A stretch of 64,000 bases of DNA from an uncultured delta proteobacterium (GCA_963711835.1 CAVQFQ010000021.1:192001-256000); one strand, 5' to 3'. Positions 9,602 to 19,960 are shown, numbered from the stretch's first letter. The notes: generated by a model not told the origin, from the sequence alone. Numbers and translations: made by a program.

Positions 9602-11872
9602 ATGGAAGAACTACAGGTGGTGGGTCAGCGCATTCCCAAGGTGGATGCCCTGGATAAAGTCACCGGCCGGGCCAAATACATCCAGGACGTCAAACTGCCG
9701 GGCATGCTTTTCGGAAAAATCCTCTACAGCAAGTTTGCCCATGCCCGCATTGCCCATATGGACATTTCCAAGGCCGAAAAATTACCCGGGGTCCGGGTGA
9801 TCCTCACCGGGGAAACCATACCTCCCCTGCGCTTTGGATTTTATAAAGACAATGCTCCCCTCAAGGCCGGCAAGGTCCGTTCCTTTCGGGACGAGGTGGC
9901 GGCGGTAGCGGCCACGGATCCGGAAATCGCCCGGGAAGCCTTGGACCTGATCGAAGTCACCTATGAACCCCTGCCGCCGCTCTTCGACCCGGAAGAGGCC
10001 ATGAAGGAAGGGGCAGCCCTGATCCATGAAGCCCATAAAACCAATGTCCTGAAAATGCCCTGGAAGTTGATCTGCGGCGATGTGGAACAGGCCCGTCAGT
10101 CTTCGGCCTTCACGGCCCAAGACCGCTTCAAGGTCACCTGGGTAACCCATTGCTGCCTGGGCACCAGCGGCTGCATCGCCGATTTCGACCTGAGAAACAA
10201 TTTAACGCTCCACAGCACCACCCAGATCCCCTCCCTGGCCCAGAAGGACTACCTGGAATTTCTCAAAGGCATGGGCCTGCCTGATTCGCGGGTGCGGATC
10301 ATCCAGACTGCTATCGGCGGGGCCTTCGGCAGCAAACTCGACACCTATGCCTTCGAATACATCGCCATTCTGTTGGCCCATAAAACCAGAAAGCCGGTTA
10401 AGATCCTCTTTGACCGCCGGGAAGAATTCAAGGCCACCTCCACCCGCCAGCCGGCCGTCATTGACATTTCCCAGGGCTGCACCAAAGAGGGAAAACTGAC
10501 CTTCCGGGATATGACCATGATCCTGGACAACGGGGCCTATACCTCCTGGGGAGCCACCACCCCGTCGGTGATGATGATGCCCATTTCCTCCCTCTATCGG
10601 GTCCCCAATGTGCGCTATATCGCCAAATGCGTCTATACCAACAACACCTACAGCCAAGCCATGCGCGGCTACGGCAACCCCCAGGCCACCTTTGCCATTG
10701 AAAGCCAGATCGACATCCTGGCCGAACAAGCCGGGATTGATCCCTACGAATTTCGTCTTCTCAACAGCAACCAGCCGGGTGAAGTCTCGCCTCAGGGATT
10801 TAAAATCACCACCTGCGGCCTGAAGGACTGCCTCCAGGCCGTGGCCGGGGAATTGAACTGGAAAGAAAAACACGGCCAAGGGAAAAGGCGGGGGGTCGGC
10901 CTGGCCTCTCTGATTCATGTCGGGGGCGGGGCCCGAGTCTATAAATCGGACGGTTGCGGGACGATCATTAAAATGGACGACTTCGGCCGGGCCGATGTTT
11001 TTACCGGGGCCACCGAAATCGGCCAGGGATCGGATACGGTCATTGCCCAGATCGTGGCCGAGGAATTGGGCCTGCGCATCGAAGACGTCAATATCATCAA
11101 CAACGATACCGACGTCTGCCCCTGGGATGTGGGGGTTCACGCCAGCCGGACTACCTTTGTTGCCGGTAACGCCGCCCAGGGTGCGGCCCGGAAGGTCAAA
11201 GAACAGATCCTGACCCTGGCCGCCCGGGAAATGGAGGCCAATATCAAAGACCTGGTCCTTCAAGACCGCAAGGTCTTTGTCAAGGGCAGTCCGGACCGGT
11301 CTCTCTCGCTGGAAAAGATCCTGCGCAAGGCCCATTACAGCAACCAGGGTCAAATGATCATGGCGGACTATTTTTACGATCCGGCCAATGAAAATCTGGA
11401 CCGGGAATTCAAGGGAAACCTCTCCATGACCTATGCCTTTGGAGCCCATGGCGTTGAAGTGGAGGTGGATGAAGAAACCGGCAAGGTCAAGATCCTTAAT
11501 TACGTGGCGGCCCACGACGTCGGACGGGCCATCAATCCCATGCTTTTGGAGGGACAGGTTTACGGCGGGGTGGTCATGGGCGTAGGCTATGCCTTGACCG
11601 AAGAGCTTATCCTGCACAAGGGAGAGGTCATGAATCCCAACTTTCGCGATTATAAGCTGCTGACCTGCAAAGACCGCATCCCGATCAAAACCATCGTCGT
11701 CGAAACCCAGGACCCCGCCGGGCCCTTCGGGGCCAAAGGGATCGGAGAGCCGGGCTGCGTGCCAACCGCCCCGGCCATCGCCAACGCCGTCTATGATGCC
11801 ATCGGGGTGCGGATAAAAGAACTGCCCATTACCCCGGAAAAAATCGTGGCGGCCCTGAAACAGAAAAAATAA
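9602..11872 (+). CDS. Xanthine dehydrogenase family molybdopterin subunit
   Basis: GGAFGSK, MRGYGNPQ, EIGQGSDT, ASRTT, GAKGIGE. Confidence 0.93.
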   Translation: MEELQVVGQRIPKVDALDKVTGRAKYIQDVKLPGMLFGKILYSKFAHARIAHMDISKAEKLPGVRVILTGETIPPLRFGFYKDNAPLKAGKVRSFRDEVAAVAATDPEIAREALDLIEVTYEPLPPLFDPEEAMKEGAALIHEAHKTNVLKMPWKLICGDVEQARQSSAFTAQDRFKVTWVTHCCLGTSGCIADFDLRNNLTLHSTTQIPSLAQKDYLEFLKGMGLPDSRVRIIQTAIGGAFGSKLDTYAFEYIAILLAHKTRKPVKILFDRREEFKATSTRQPAVIDISQGCTKEGKLTFRDMTMILDNGAYTSWGATTPSVMMMPISSLYRVPNVRYIAKCVYTNNTYSQAMRGYGNPQATFAIESQIDILAEQAGIDPYEFRLLNSNQPGEVSPQGFKITTCGLKDCLQAVAGELNWKEKHGQGKRRGVGLASLIHVGGGARVYKSDGCGTIIKMDDFGRADVFTGATEIGQGSDTVIAQIVAEELGLRIEDVNIINNDTDVCPWDVGVHASRTTFVAGNAAQGAARKVKEQILTLAAREMEANIKDLVLQDRKVFVKGSPDRSLSLEKILRKAHYSNQGQMIMADYFYDPANENLDREFKGNLSMTYAFGAHGVEVEVDEETGKVKILNYVAAHDVGRAINPMLLEGQVYGGVVMGVGYALTEELILHKGEVMNPNFRDYKLLTCKDRIPIKTIVVETQDPAGPFGAKGIGEPGCVPTAPAIANAVYDAIGVRIKELPITPEKIVAALKQKK

Positions 11873-11934
11873 CCCGGCTCCTGCCCTCTAAACTCGGACC
11901 GAAGGCCATCTTCTCAGATAAAGGACAAAAAGCC

Positions 11935-12192
11935 ATGCAAGAATTGCTTAGGGAACTTAAAATCAAAATCGTCGAGGAACTCCAGCTCCTGGATGTAAAT
12001 CCGGAGGAACTGGCCGATGACACCCCTTTTTTCGACGGGGGACTGGGCCTCTACTCCGTGGATCTTTTGGTCCTGGTAGCCCTCCTGGATCGGGACTACG
12101 GCGTTGAGATCTTCACCCGGGAACTGGGAGAGAAGGTTTTCATCAACCTTTCCACCTTGGCCGCCTATATAAAGGAAAATCGAAAAAAATGA
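11935..12192 (+). CDS. Acyl carrier protein
   Basis: 85 aa acidic; DTPFFDGGLGLYSVD around the phosphopantetheine Ser. Confidence 0.8.
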   Translation: MQELLRELKIKIVEELQLLDVNPEELADDTPFFDGGLGLYSVDLLVLVALLDRDYGVEIFTRELGEKVFINLSTLAAYIKENRKK

Positions 12193-13823
12193 ATAAACCC
12201 TGGCTCAAACACTACGAGAAACACGTCCCTCAGACACTCAGCTACCCGAAAATACCCCTCCACCGGTTCCTCCTGGATACGGTGGACAATCACCCGGATC
12301 ACGTGGCGATTTCCTTTAATGAGATCCATCTCTCCTATGCCGAGGTGAATGATCGGGTAAACCGGTTCGCCCAGGCCCTGCACCGGACAGGGGTGGAGAA
12401 AGGGGAGCGCATCGCTTTACTCCTGGTCAATTCCCCCACCTATGTCTTCGCCTTCTTCGCGGCCATGAAACTCGGGGCCGTGGTGGTCAATCTTAACGTA
12501 GGGATCCAGGGGGAGGAACTGGCCCGCTGTCTGAATGACTCCGCTGCCAAGGTAGTGGTTACCCTGGACCTGTTCGCCCCGAATGTTTACCAGGTGATTG
12601 CCAAGACCGGGGTGAAAACCGTTATCCTCCACTCGGTCTTCGGCCTGGAAAAAACCATGACCTTCGAGCCAGGGGTCCCTCAGCCCCGGCTCTTCCAGGA
12701 AGTGATCGCCTCAGCCGGGTCCGGGGAAGAGCCGTCCTTCCAGGTCTCACCCCAGGACGTGGCCGTCCTCCAGTATACCAGCGGCTCTACCGGAGCGCCC
12801 AAGGCCGCGACCCTGACCCACGCCAATATCCTTTCCAGCGTGCTCCAGACCGATGCCTGGGTGGGGATAGAAGGGGCTGGAAACGCCGCGGTCATTTGCC
12901 TGATCCCCTTCTTCCATGTCTTCGGCATGTCGGCCTGCCTTGTTACTTCGGTCCTCAAAGGGTACCGGATGGTGCTGCTGCCCAGGATGGACCTGATGGA
13001 TATCCTGTCCCTGATAAACATCCTGGAGACCTATAAACCGCTCTCCTTTCCGGCCGTGCCCGGCCTCTGGACAGCGATCCTCTCCCTTCCGCCTGAGGTG
13101 GCCGGGAAACACCTAACCTCCATTCAGGTGGCCATCAGCGGCGGGGCTCCGCTCCCGATTTGGACCGCTGAACGCTTTGAGGCCCTGACCGGGAGGAGAA
13201 TCCTCGAGGCCTACGGCCTATCGGAAGCCTCATCCGCCACACACTTGTCCCCTTATCCCACCGGCGGTCCCTGGAGCTCTATTGGACTGCCGCTTCCTGA
13301 TACCGAGGCCAGGATCCTGGACCTTGAAACCGGGGAAAAAGATTGCCCCATTGGGGAGATCGGCGAACTGCTGGTCAAAGGACCCCAGATCATGCAGGGT
13401 TACTGGAACAACCCGGATCTTACCGCCGGCGCCTTGAGGGATGGCTGGCTCCACACCGGAGACCTGGCCCGCATGGATCAGGATGGTTTTTTCTATTTGG
13501 TGGACCGGAAGGATGACTTGATCATCTCCAGCGGGTTTAATGTCTATCCCAGTCAGATCGAGGAGGTCTTGAAGCGGCATCCCAAAGTCAAGGACGCGGC
13601 CGTCGTCGGCCTGGATGACCGAATCAAGGGCCAGGCGATTTTGGCCCTGATAGCCCTGGAAGAAGGGGCCGAAGGAGACCGGGAAGAATTCCTGAAATAC
13701 TGCCAAGACAACCTGCCCGATTACAGAAGGCCAAAGGCCATCCGCTTCCGAAAGGAAATCCCCAGGGATCCGGCGGGCAAGATCCTGAGGAGGATCGTCC
13801 GCCAGGAGGCCGGGGCGGTTTAA
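12189..13823 (+). CDS. Long-chain acyl-CoA/acyl-ACP ligase (AMP-binding)
   Basis: YTSGSTGAPK, YGLSE, GWLHTGD, GKILR. Confidence 0.9.
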   Translation: MNKPWLKHYEKHVPQTLSYPKIPLHRFLLDTVDNHPDHVAISFNEIHLSYAEVNDRVNRFAQALHRTGVEKGERIALLLVNSPTYVFAFFAAMKLGAVVVNLNVGIQGEELARCLNDSAAKVVVTLDLFAPNVYQVIAKTGVKTVILHSVFGLEKTMTFEPGVPQPRLFQEVIASAGSGEEPSFQVSPQDVAVLQYTSGSTGAPKAATLTHANILSSVLQTDAWVGIEGAGNAAVICLIPFFHVFGMSACLVTSVLKGYRMVLLPRMDLMDILSLINILETYKPLSFPAVPGLWTAILSLPPEVAGKHLTSIQVAISGGAPLPIWTAERFEALTGRRILEAYGLSEASSATHLSPYPTGGPWSSIGLPLPDTEARILDLETGEKDCPIGEIGELLVKGPQIMQGYWNNPDLTAGALRDGWLHTGDLARMDQDGFFYLVDRKDDLIISSGFNVYPSQIEEVLKRHPKVKDAAVVGLDDRIKGQAILALIALEEGAEGDREEFLKYCQDNLPDYRRPKAIRFRKEIPRDPAGKILRRIVRQEAGAV

Positions 13824-13853
13824 GGAAGACCTGTTTTTCAGGCCCAACTCGGG

Positions 13854-14531
13854 TCAACAACTCTTTAGGGTGATCACCTGGCCGTCACCCTCTCCGTGGC
13901 TGACCGGGCCGACCCTCTTTTGATAGCGCATCAGACTCTCCGCCTCGCCCACTCGGACCACCTCCACCTCCCGGATGGCTGTTTCAAGGTCCAGGCCCAG
14001 GGCCTTGGCCGCCGCTTCCTTGATGGTCCAGACGCGCGCTGCAACCCGTTCCGGGCTCAGGCCGGATCTCGAGAGGAGGTCCTGTTCCCGGGGAGACATG
14101 AAGAGCTGCCGGACTCTCACCATCTTGGCTGAAACACATTCCAGATCTACCCCAACGGGGCGAACATGGCCGACCGCGGCTACAAACCGATCCGTATGGG
14201 AAACGGAGCAGTACAACCCGCTTCCGGGCAAACAGGGCTTGGCGGGATCAGGGCCGAGCGTTTCAATAGCCGAATCCGGCCGGTCTTCCTCCACCAGACC
14301 CAGTTGGCGGGCCAGTTGCTTCAGAGCCGCCCGTGCCGCCCTATAGCTTCTCCGTCTCCGGGGCCCTGATCCCTGAGCCTGCAGCGCTTCCCGGGGGGTA
14401 AAGAGACCTTCCTCTAAAGCGGAAATCTCCTCAATCTCCATTAAGACCAGGCCTGAACAGGCGGACCGGATACCTTCCAGCCCCGGCCAAAGGACTGGGG
14501 TTATTGAAAATGTCACAGGTTTTTCCTTCAA
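13854..14531 (-). CDS. 4'-phosphopantetheinyl transferase (Sfp-type)
   Basis: SVSHT, VGVDLE, WTIKEAAAKALG. Confidence 0.88.
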   Translation of the reverse strand: MKEKPVTFSITPVLWPGLEGIRSACSGLVLMEIEEISALEEGLFTPREALQAQGSGPRRRRSYRAARAALKQLARQLGLVEEDRPDSAIETLGPDPAKPCLPGSGLYCSVSHTDRFVAAVGHVRPVGVDLECVSAKMVRVRQLFMSPREQDLLSRSGLSPERVAARVWTIKEAAAKALGLDLETAIREVEVVRVGEAESLMRYQKRVGPVSHGEGDGQVITLKSC

Positions 14532-14640
14532 TAAAAATGTTTCCTTCTCCTAAGCCTTTCTGATAGATTACAGTGTACAACATCATCTTCTCAAGTTCCA
14601 TTTTCATTTTAAGGCCGCAGGACCTTTTTATAGGGATTAT

Positions 14641-15798
14641 ATGGATGCCGATAAAAGCTGCTGTCTATTGCTTTATAATGAAGACTACCTGAAGTTCGAC
14701 TACGGGCCGTATCACCCCCTTCAAGTGGGCAGGTTGAAACTGACCCTGGACCTGATTCAAACCTATGGCCTGCTATCCGGTGAGAAAAGCCATCAGGAAG
14801 AAACCCGCCAGGCCACCCAGGAAGAAACCCTGACCTTTCATACCCCTGACTACTGGGAGGTCCTCCGGCAGGCCAATCAGGGCCATTCGGACCTGGACCT
14901 CTCCGCCTATGGGTTAGGCCCTGGAGATAATCCCATATTCCCCGGGGTGCTGGATTGGGCCCGCTTCTGCGGCGGCGGGGCCATCCAGGCCGGGGAATGG
15001 GTCGCTTCAGGCCGGGGTCGGATTGCTTTTCATATCGCCGGGGGCATGCATCATGCCCATAAGAACCTGGCCTCCGGTTTTTGTTATATCAATGATCCGG
15101 TCCTGGTCATCTTATATTTGCTCTCCCTTGGTAAAAAGGTGGCCTACATTGACATTGATGCTCATCACGGCGACGGGGTCCAGGAAGCCTTCTATCGAAC
15201 CAACCGGGTCCTGACCGTCTCCTTTCACCAGAACGGACAAACCTTGTTCCCCTCCACCGGTTTTGTGCCTGAAATAGGCCTCGGCCAAGGGTTGGGTTAT
15301 TCGGTCAATGTCCCCTTCTACCCCTGGACGGATGATGAGATTTTTATCTGGGCTTTCCATGAAGTGGTGCCGCCCCTCATCAAGACCTTTGATCCGGAGG
15401 TGATCGTCACCCAGTTGGGAGTGGATTCTTTTTACAATGATCCCCTGGCCAATCTTAACCTGACCAGCAGGGGATTCTGCTCGGCAATACGATTTTTCAA
15501 GGATCTCGGCCTGCCCTGGGTGGCCCTGGGAGGAGGGGGGTATCATCAGGTCAATGTAGCCCGGGCCTGGACTTTGGCCTGGTCCATCATGCTGGATCAG
15601 GAACTTAAACAGCAAAGGCTGCCTAAAGCGGTTCGGGAAACCTTGCGGCGTCTGAATTATGATGAAGAATGGCTCCGGGACGAAGACATCCCGGAAGACC
15701 CATTAAAAAAAGAGCGGGCCTTTCACGAGGCCCGAAGGACCGTCAAGGCCCTGAAAGAAACCATTTTCCCTCTGCTATTAAAGGTCTCAAAATATTAG
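14641..15798 (+). CDS. acuC: AcuC-like Zn-dependent deacetylase (HDAC family)
   Basis: GGMHHAH, SGFCYIND, DIDAHHGDG, GGGGY; last codons come from the adjacent repeat element. Confidence 0.88.
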   Translation: MDADKSCCLLLYNEDYLKFDYGPYHPLQVGRLKLTLDLIQTYGLLSGEKSHQEETRQATQEETLTFHTPDYWEVLRQANQGHSDLDLSAYGLGPGDNPIFPGVLDWARFCGGGAIQAGEWVASGRGRIAFHIAGGMHHAHKNLASGFCYINDPVLVILYLLSLGKKVAYIDIDAHHGDGVQEAFYRTNRVLTVSFHQNGQTLFPSTGFVPEIGLGQGLGYSVNVPFYPWTDDEIFIWAFHEVVPPLIKTFDPEVIVTQLGVDSFYNDPLANLNLTSRGFCSAIRFFKDLGLPWVALGGGGYHQVNVARAWTLAWSIMLDQELKQQRLPKAVRETLRRLNYDEEWLRDEDIPEDPLKKERAFHEARRTVKALKETIFPLLLKVSKY

Positions 15799-16077
15799 TG
15801 ACCACCAGGGACCGGGGGGTCTTCTTTTCTGTGGTTGTCCAAAGGGTAACTCATCGCCCTATCCCGGCCCGGACGGCTAAGTGGGTTAGGTGCAGGGCAT
15901 TCACTTAAGTCCATTTCGGGCATTCGTGTAGGCCTGTCTCTGGATTAAATCCCGAATTTGGCCCGGCAAAGAAACTTTAGTCTTGAAGGTGGACAACCCA
16001 GAAAAGAAGACCCCCCGGTCCCATTTAATGCAAGCTCATCAATTTCATGTCAAGACTATGATGAAACTCTTAATAAG
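15777..16077 (+). mobile_element. MITE-like element copy 1 with ~215-nt structured core (15808-16022)
   Basis: Ends TTAA-AGGTCTCA ... TGAAACTC-TTAA; near-identical inverted copy at 54882-55169; long internal inverted repeat. Confidence 0.8.
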
Positions 16078-16108
16078 AACGTAAGGATCATCTCCAAAAA
16101 AGTCGGCG

Positions 16109-17533
16109 ATGATCCGGGAGTCAAGGATGAGGCACACGGATCAGGGAAGGCCTGAAAAAACAAACGGTGTGACTCTGCTGGGGATCTTCGCCTGGTGGTG
16201 GCTAGTTATGTTCACCAATCCGGGCTACGCCGCGGATGCCGGGAGTACCTTCAATCAAGGGAAGGCCTATTTTGAACAGGGAAAATATGGTGAGGCGATT
16301 GCTTCGTTCACCAAAACCATTGAGAAGGATCCCCGGTCTTCCAGCGCCTATACCTGGCGGGGTCGGGCCAAAGTCAGACTCAATGATGACGAAGGGGCCT
16401 TGGCCGATTATTACCGGGCTATCGAACTCGAGCCTAAAAATGATACCGCCTACAATAATCGGGGAACCATTAAAGAGCGGCGGGGTGATGGCGAGGGGGC
16501 CCTGGCCGATTACACCCGGGCCATCGAAATCAATCCCAACAAAAACAGTATGGCCTACGCCAATCGCGGCTTTCTTCGGGCCAAGCGGGGCGATCCGGAT
16601 GGGGCCATGGCCGACTATTACCGGGCCCTGGAAATCGACCCCAAGAATGACCACGCCTACGTAAACCGGGGCTTGGGGAAAGAGAAACGAGGGGATTTTG
16701 ATGGAGCGACCGCCGATTATACCCGAGCCATCGAGCTCAATCCCAGGAATAAAGATGCTTATCGCGATCGGGGACTATTGAAACAGAAACGGGGGGATCT
16801 GGACGGGGCTTTGGCGGATTTTAATCAGGCCATTTCGCTGGATCCTAAGGCGCCTAAATTATATAATTGGAGGGGAATTCTGAAATATAGGCGCGGCGAT
16901 TGGGATGGCGCCCTGGCCGATTACACCCGGGCTTTGGAAGTCAATCCCAAATTTGTGGAGCCGGTTCATAATCGGGGAATCATTGAATACAAACGGGGAG
17001 ACATGGATGGGGCTCTGGCCGACTATAACCGGGCCATTGAGTTGAATCCGAAATTTGCTCCCTCCTATAACGGCCGGGGTCTTATTAAAGTGAAGCGGGG
17101 AGATTGGGAGGGGGCCCTGGCTGACTATAATCGAGCCGTCGAATTGGATCCTACCCGCAGTTTTCCCTACAAAAACAGGGGCAATCTCAAGAAAGACCGC
17201 CAGGACTTACCAGGGGCCTTAGCCGATTATAACCGGGCCATCGAATTGGATCTCAAGAACAAAGAAGCCTTTCTGGGCCGGGGAGAAGTCAGGGAGAAAG
17301 AGAGAAATTTTCAGAGCGCCCTAGCCGACTATCAAAGGGCCCTGGAATTAGATCCGGCTTATCTGGAGGCCGGCCAACGGATTGAGGCCCTTCGGGCAAG
17401 GATGTCGGAGGGGACCAAACGGGAACGGAAGAAAATAATCCCCAAGACCCCGGTCAAGACAGCCCGGCCCCAACCCTCCCGATTGGAACCGCCGGATCAA
17501 ATGGAATTCATGCCGGCCTTCGGGCCCCGGTGA
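16109..17533 (+). CDS. Exported tetratricopeptide repeat protein
   Basis: About 11 34-aa repeats AYxNRG...GD..GALADY.RAIEL.P; N-terminal hydrophobic signal. Confidence 0.92.
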   Translation: MIRESRMRHTDQGRPEKTNGVTLLGIFAWWWLVMFTNPGYAADAGSTFNQGKAYFEQGKYGEAIASFTKTIEKDPRSSSAYTWRGRAKVRLNDDEGALADYYRAIELEPKNDTAYNNRGTIKERRGDGEGALADYTRAIEINPNKNSMAYANRGFLRAKRGDPDGAMADYYRALEIDPKNDHAYVNRGLGKEKRGDFDGATADYTRAIELNPRNKDAYRDRGLLKQKRGDLDGALADFNQAISLDPKAPKLYNWRGILKYRRGDWDGALADYTRALEVNPKFVEPVHNRGIIEYKRGDMDGALADYNRAIELNPKFAPSYNGRGLIKVKRGDWEGALADYNRAVELDPTRSFPYKNRGNLKKDRQDLPGALADYNRAIELDLKNKEAFLGRGEVREKERNFQSALADYQRALELDPAYLEAGQRIEALRARMSEGTKRERKKIIPKTPVKTARPQPSRLEPPDQMEFMPAFGPR

Positions 17534-17982
17534 GGCCCACCACCAAGATGAAAAACGAGAAGGAGCCCCTTTCAAGAGGCGATATGGAAACTCTGTTTCA
17601 AAAGGCCCTGGATCTATTCGAGTGCACTGTCTGTGGCACCTGCTGCCAAGGCGAGGGCGGGATTTTCATGGCCCCGGAGGAAATCGAGCGCATTGCCGCA
17701 TTCCTGAGCCTTTCCCCTCAGGTCTTCCTGACACAATACTGCATTGAAAGAAATGGCAAGATCTATATTCACATCAGGGAGGACGGCTTCTGCCACTTCG
17801 CCAAAGAGGGCCAATGCACCATCCATCCGGTAAAACCCAGCCCCTGCCATAAATGGCCGTTTTTTGATGCCGTGCTGAAAGATCAGGCCAACTGGGAAGT
17901 GGCCCGCAACTCCTGCCCGGCCCTGGCCCCTTTTAAAACATTGGACGATTTCCTATCCAACCGCCCGGCAAATTCAAATTAA
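17530..17982 (+). CDS. YkgJ family cysteine-cluster protein
   Basis: FECTVCGTCC, FCHF, CTIHPVKPSPCHKWPF, SCP. Confidence 0.85.
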   Translation: MRPTTKMKNEKEPLSRGDMETLFQKALDLFECTVCGTCCQGEGGIFMAPEEIERIAAFLSLSPQVFLTQYCIERNGKIYIHIREDGFCHFAKEGQCTIHPVKPSPCHKWPFFDAVLKDQANWEVARNSCPALAPFKTLDDFLSNRPANSN

Positions 17983-18019
17983 ATTTTTCCATCCATTCTT
18001 AGGTTAATCCAAAACCAAC

Positions 18020-18829
18020 ATGCCAACTTCCCCCTTTCCAGGCGTAAACACTGACCAGGTTATGGTTAAACTGACTAACGTCAGCCTCTGGCGGGACCGT
18101 CCCCTTCTGGAAAACATCAACTGGACAGTCTATCACCATCAAAATTGGGTGGTTCTGGGCCGGAATGGTGCGGGCAAGACCCTTCTCTTGCGGATCATAG
18201 CCGGATACCTCTGGCCCAGCCAAGGAGAGGTGGACGTGCTGGGTGAAAGATTCGGCCAAGTGGATCTGCGGGAATTGCGCCAGGGTCTGGGCTGGGTTTC
18301 AACTGCTCTGGCCGAAAGAATACCGGGGCACGACACGGCCCGGGAGGTGGTCCTCTCCGGCGCCTTTGCCACCTTCGGTCTCTATCAGCCTGTATCGGCT
18401 GAACTGCACAACAGGGCCGATAAGCTCTTGGCCGAAATGGGCCTGGCCGCCCTGGCCGACCGGAAATTCGAAAACCTTTCAGCCGGCGAAAGACAAAGGG
18501 TGCTTCTGGCCCGCAGCCGCATGCCTGAGCCGAGGCTGCTGATCCTGGACGAACCCTGCGCCGGTCTGGACCTGGCGGCCCGGGAAAAACTATTGTCCCT
18601 TATCAGCCTCATGGCCGCTGATCCGACCGGACCCACCATGATCATGGTTACCCACCGCGTTTCCGATATCGTTCCCGGCTTTAGCCATGGATTGTTGATT
18701 CACCAGGGCCGCATCGCAGCCGCCGGTCCCTTGGATTTGGTTATGACCGATGATCTGCTGAGCCGCACCCTGGAGATGCCCCTCCATATCACCCGCCGCC
18801 AGGGCCGCTGGCTGTTGGAGGTAATTTAA
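18020..18829 (+). CDS. Orphan ABC ATP-binding protein (YlmA/ModF-like)
   Basis: GRNGAGKT, LSAGERQR, LLILDEP; no permease adjacent. Confidence 0.88.
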   Translation: MPTSPFPGVNTDQVMVKLTNVSLWRDRPLLENINWTVYHHQNWVVLGRNGAGKTLLLRIIAGYLWPSQGEVDVLGERFGQVDLRELRQGLGWVSTALAERIPGHDTAREVVLSGAFATFGLYQPVSAELHNRADKLLAEMGLAALADRKFENLSAGERQRVLLARSRMPEPRLLILDEPCAGLDLAAREKLLSLISLMAADPTGPTMIMVTHRVSDIVPGFSHGLLIHQGRIAAAGPLDLVMTDDLLSRTLEMPLHITRRQGRWLLEVI

Positions 18830-18841
18830 GGAGGCCGAACC

Positions 18842-19630
18842 ATGCAAGTCAGAACCAACGGCATTCTGATGGAATATGAACTTTCCGGCAAACAGGACGC
18901 ACCCATGGTCATGATGAGCCATTCCCTGGGTTGCGATCTGGCCCTGTGGGCTTTTCAATTAGAGACCCTCGAACCTCATTTTCGGGTGCTTCGCTATGAT
19001 ACCCGCGGCCACGGCGGCAGCCAGGCGACGGAGGGAGCCTACACCCTTGAGCAGCTTGGTTTGGATGCCGTTTCTTTGCTGGATGCCCTGGGGGTGGAAA
19101 GGGTTCACTGGGTGGGGATTTCCTTGGGCGGAATGATCGGACAGGAGCTGGCCTTGAACCATCCCGACCGCATCCTGAGCCTGTCTTTATGTGATACGGC
19201 CGCCAACCTTCCCCCGGAGGCGCAGCCGCTCTGGCAGGAGCGGATCGAAACGGTTCGGACCAAAGGCCTGGGGGCACTGGTCGAGGCAACCCTGGAACGC
19301 TGGTTTACCACGGCCTTTCTGGCCGGGAATCCAGCACAGGTCGAGCGGATACGCCGTCAATTTCTGACCACACCGGCTGCCGGGTTTATCGGATGCGTTG
19401 AAGCCATTCGGGGCTTGAATTATCTGGACCGCCTGCCTGAGATCCGGATCCCGACCCTGATTATCGTCGGCGAGGACGATCCCGGAACGCCCGTGGCTTT
19501 TTCGGAGGCCATCCATGAACGCATTGCCGGCTCTCAGCTGGTCGTGCTCCCAAAAGCAGCCCATCTCTCCAATGTAGAACAGAGCCGGGCCTTCAACCAG
19601 GCCCTCTTAGAATTTCTAAAGAAATTCTGA
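18842..19630 (+). CDS. pcaD: 3-oxoadipate enol-lactonase family alpha/beta hydrolase
   Basis: SHSLG, RYDTRGHG, GISLGG, AHLSNVEQ. Confidence 0.82.
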   Translation: MQVRTNGILMEYELSGKQDAPMVMMSHSLGCDLALWAFQLETLEPHFRVLRYDTRGHGGSQATEGAYTLEQLGLDAVSLLDALGVERVHWVGISLGGMIGQELALNHPDRILSLSLCDTAANLPPEAQPLWQERIETVRTKGLGALVEATLERWFTTAFLAGNPAQVERIRRQFLTTPAAGFIGCVEAIRGLNYLDRLPEIRIPTLIIVGEDDPGTPVAFSEAIHERIAGSQLVVLPKAAHLSNVEQSRAFNQALLEFLKKF

Positions 19631-19734
19631 ATATGCCGGTCAAGGAACGCAAGAAACTGTTTTCGGTTATAGTTAGTAATGGGTTCAATAGGGTCAGATC
19701 TGCTCTTGACTCTTGGTCATTTTAAAAACGAGCA

Positions 19735-19960
19735 GGGTCATCCTCGGATTCTGCCCCGACACTATTTCAAAACGCCGGTGGCCGCCACAGAAACGGCGGA
19801 CTAATTCGGTTACCTCTTTGCAGACGTGCTCTATCTCCACGGGCGGCACAGGGGGAAAGGCCTTCCAGGCTGAACTCGATGGCTTGGGTGTCGATTCGGG
19901 TCAGGGTATGATCGGCCTGGCGCCGAGTCAGCACGCCCCCCCTTCGGCGGAGACAATTTC
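19735..19960 (-). pseudogene. C-terminal remnant of a B3/B4 (tRNA-editing-like) domain gene
   Basis: Two frames give RRQADHTLTRIDT..SLEG then PPVEIEHVCKEVTELVRRFCGG, resembling B3/4 protein C-termini (from memory). Confidence 0.45.

Noticed and set aside
10202-11617. 471-aa antisense ORF and other long shadow ORFs
   Set aside because: They lie opposite well-supported genes in GC3-rich DNA and carry no motifs.
8107-11872. Calling the Mo enzyme 4-hydroxybenzoyl-CoA reductase or aerobic CO dehydrogenase
   Set aside because: The FAD subunit lacks the extra Fe-S insert, and the large subunit lacks the AYxCSFR CoxL motif.
15808-16022. 6S RNA or retron msr-msd identity for the structured core
   Set aside because: Multiple copies in MITE-like shells, no zapA/ygfA context and no adjacent reverse transcriptase.
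16250-17360. ~102-bp periodic DNA repeat resembling a CRISPR-like array
   Set aside because: It is the in-frame 34-codon TPR repeat; there is no repeat-spacer structure and no cas gene.
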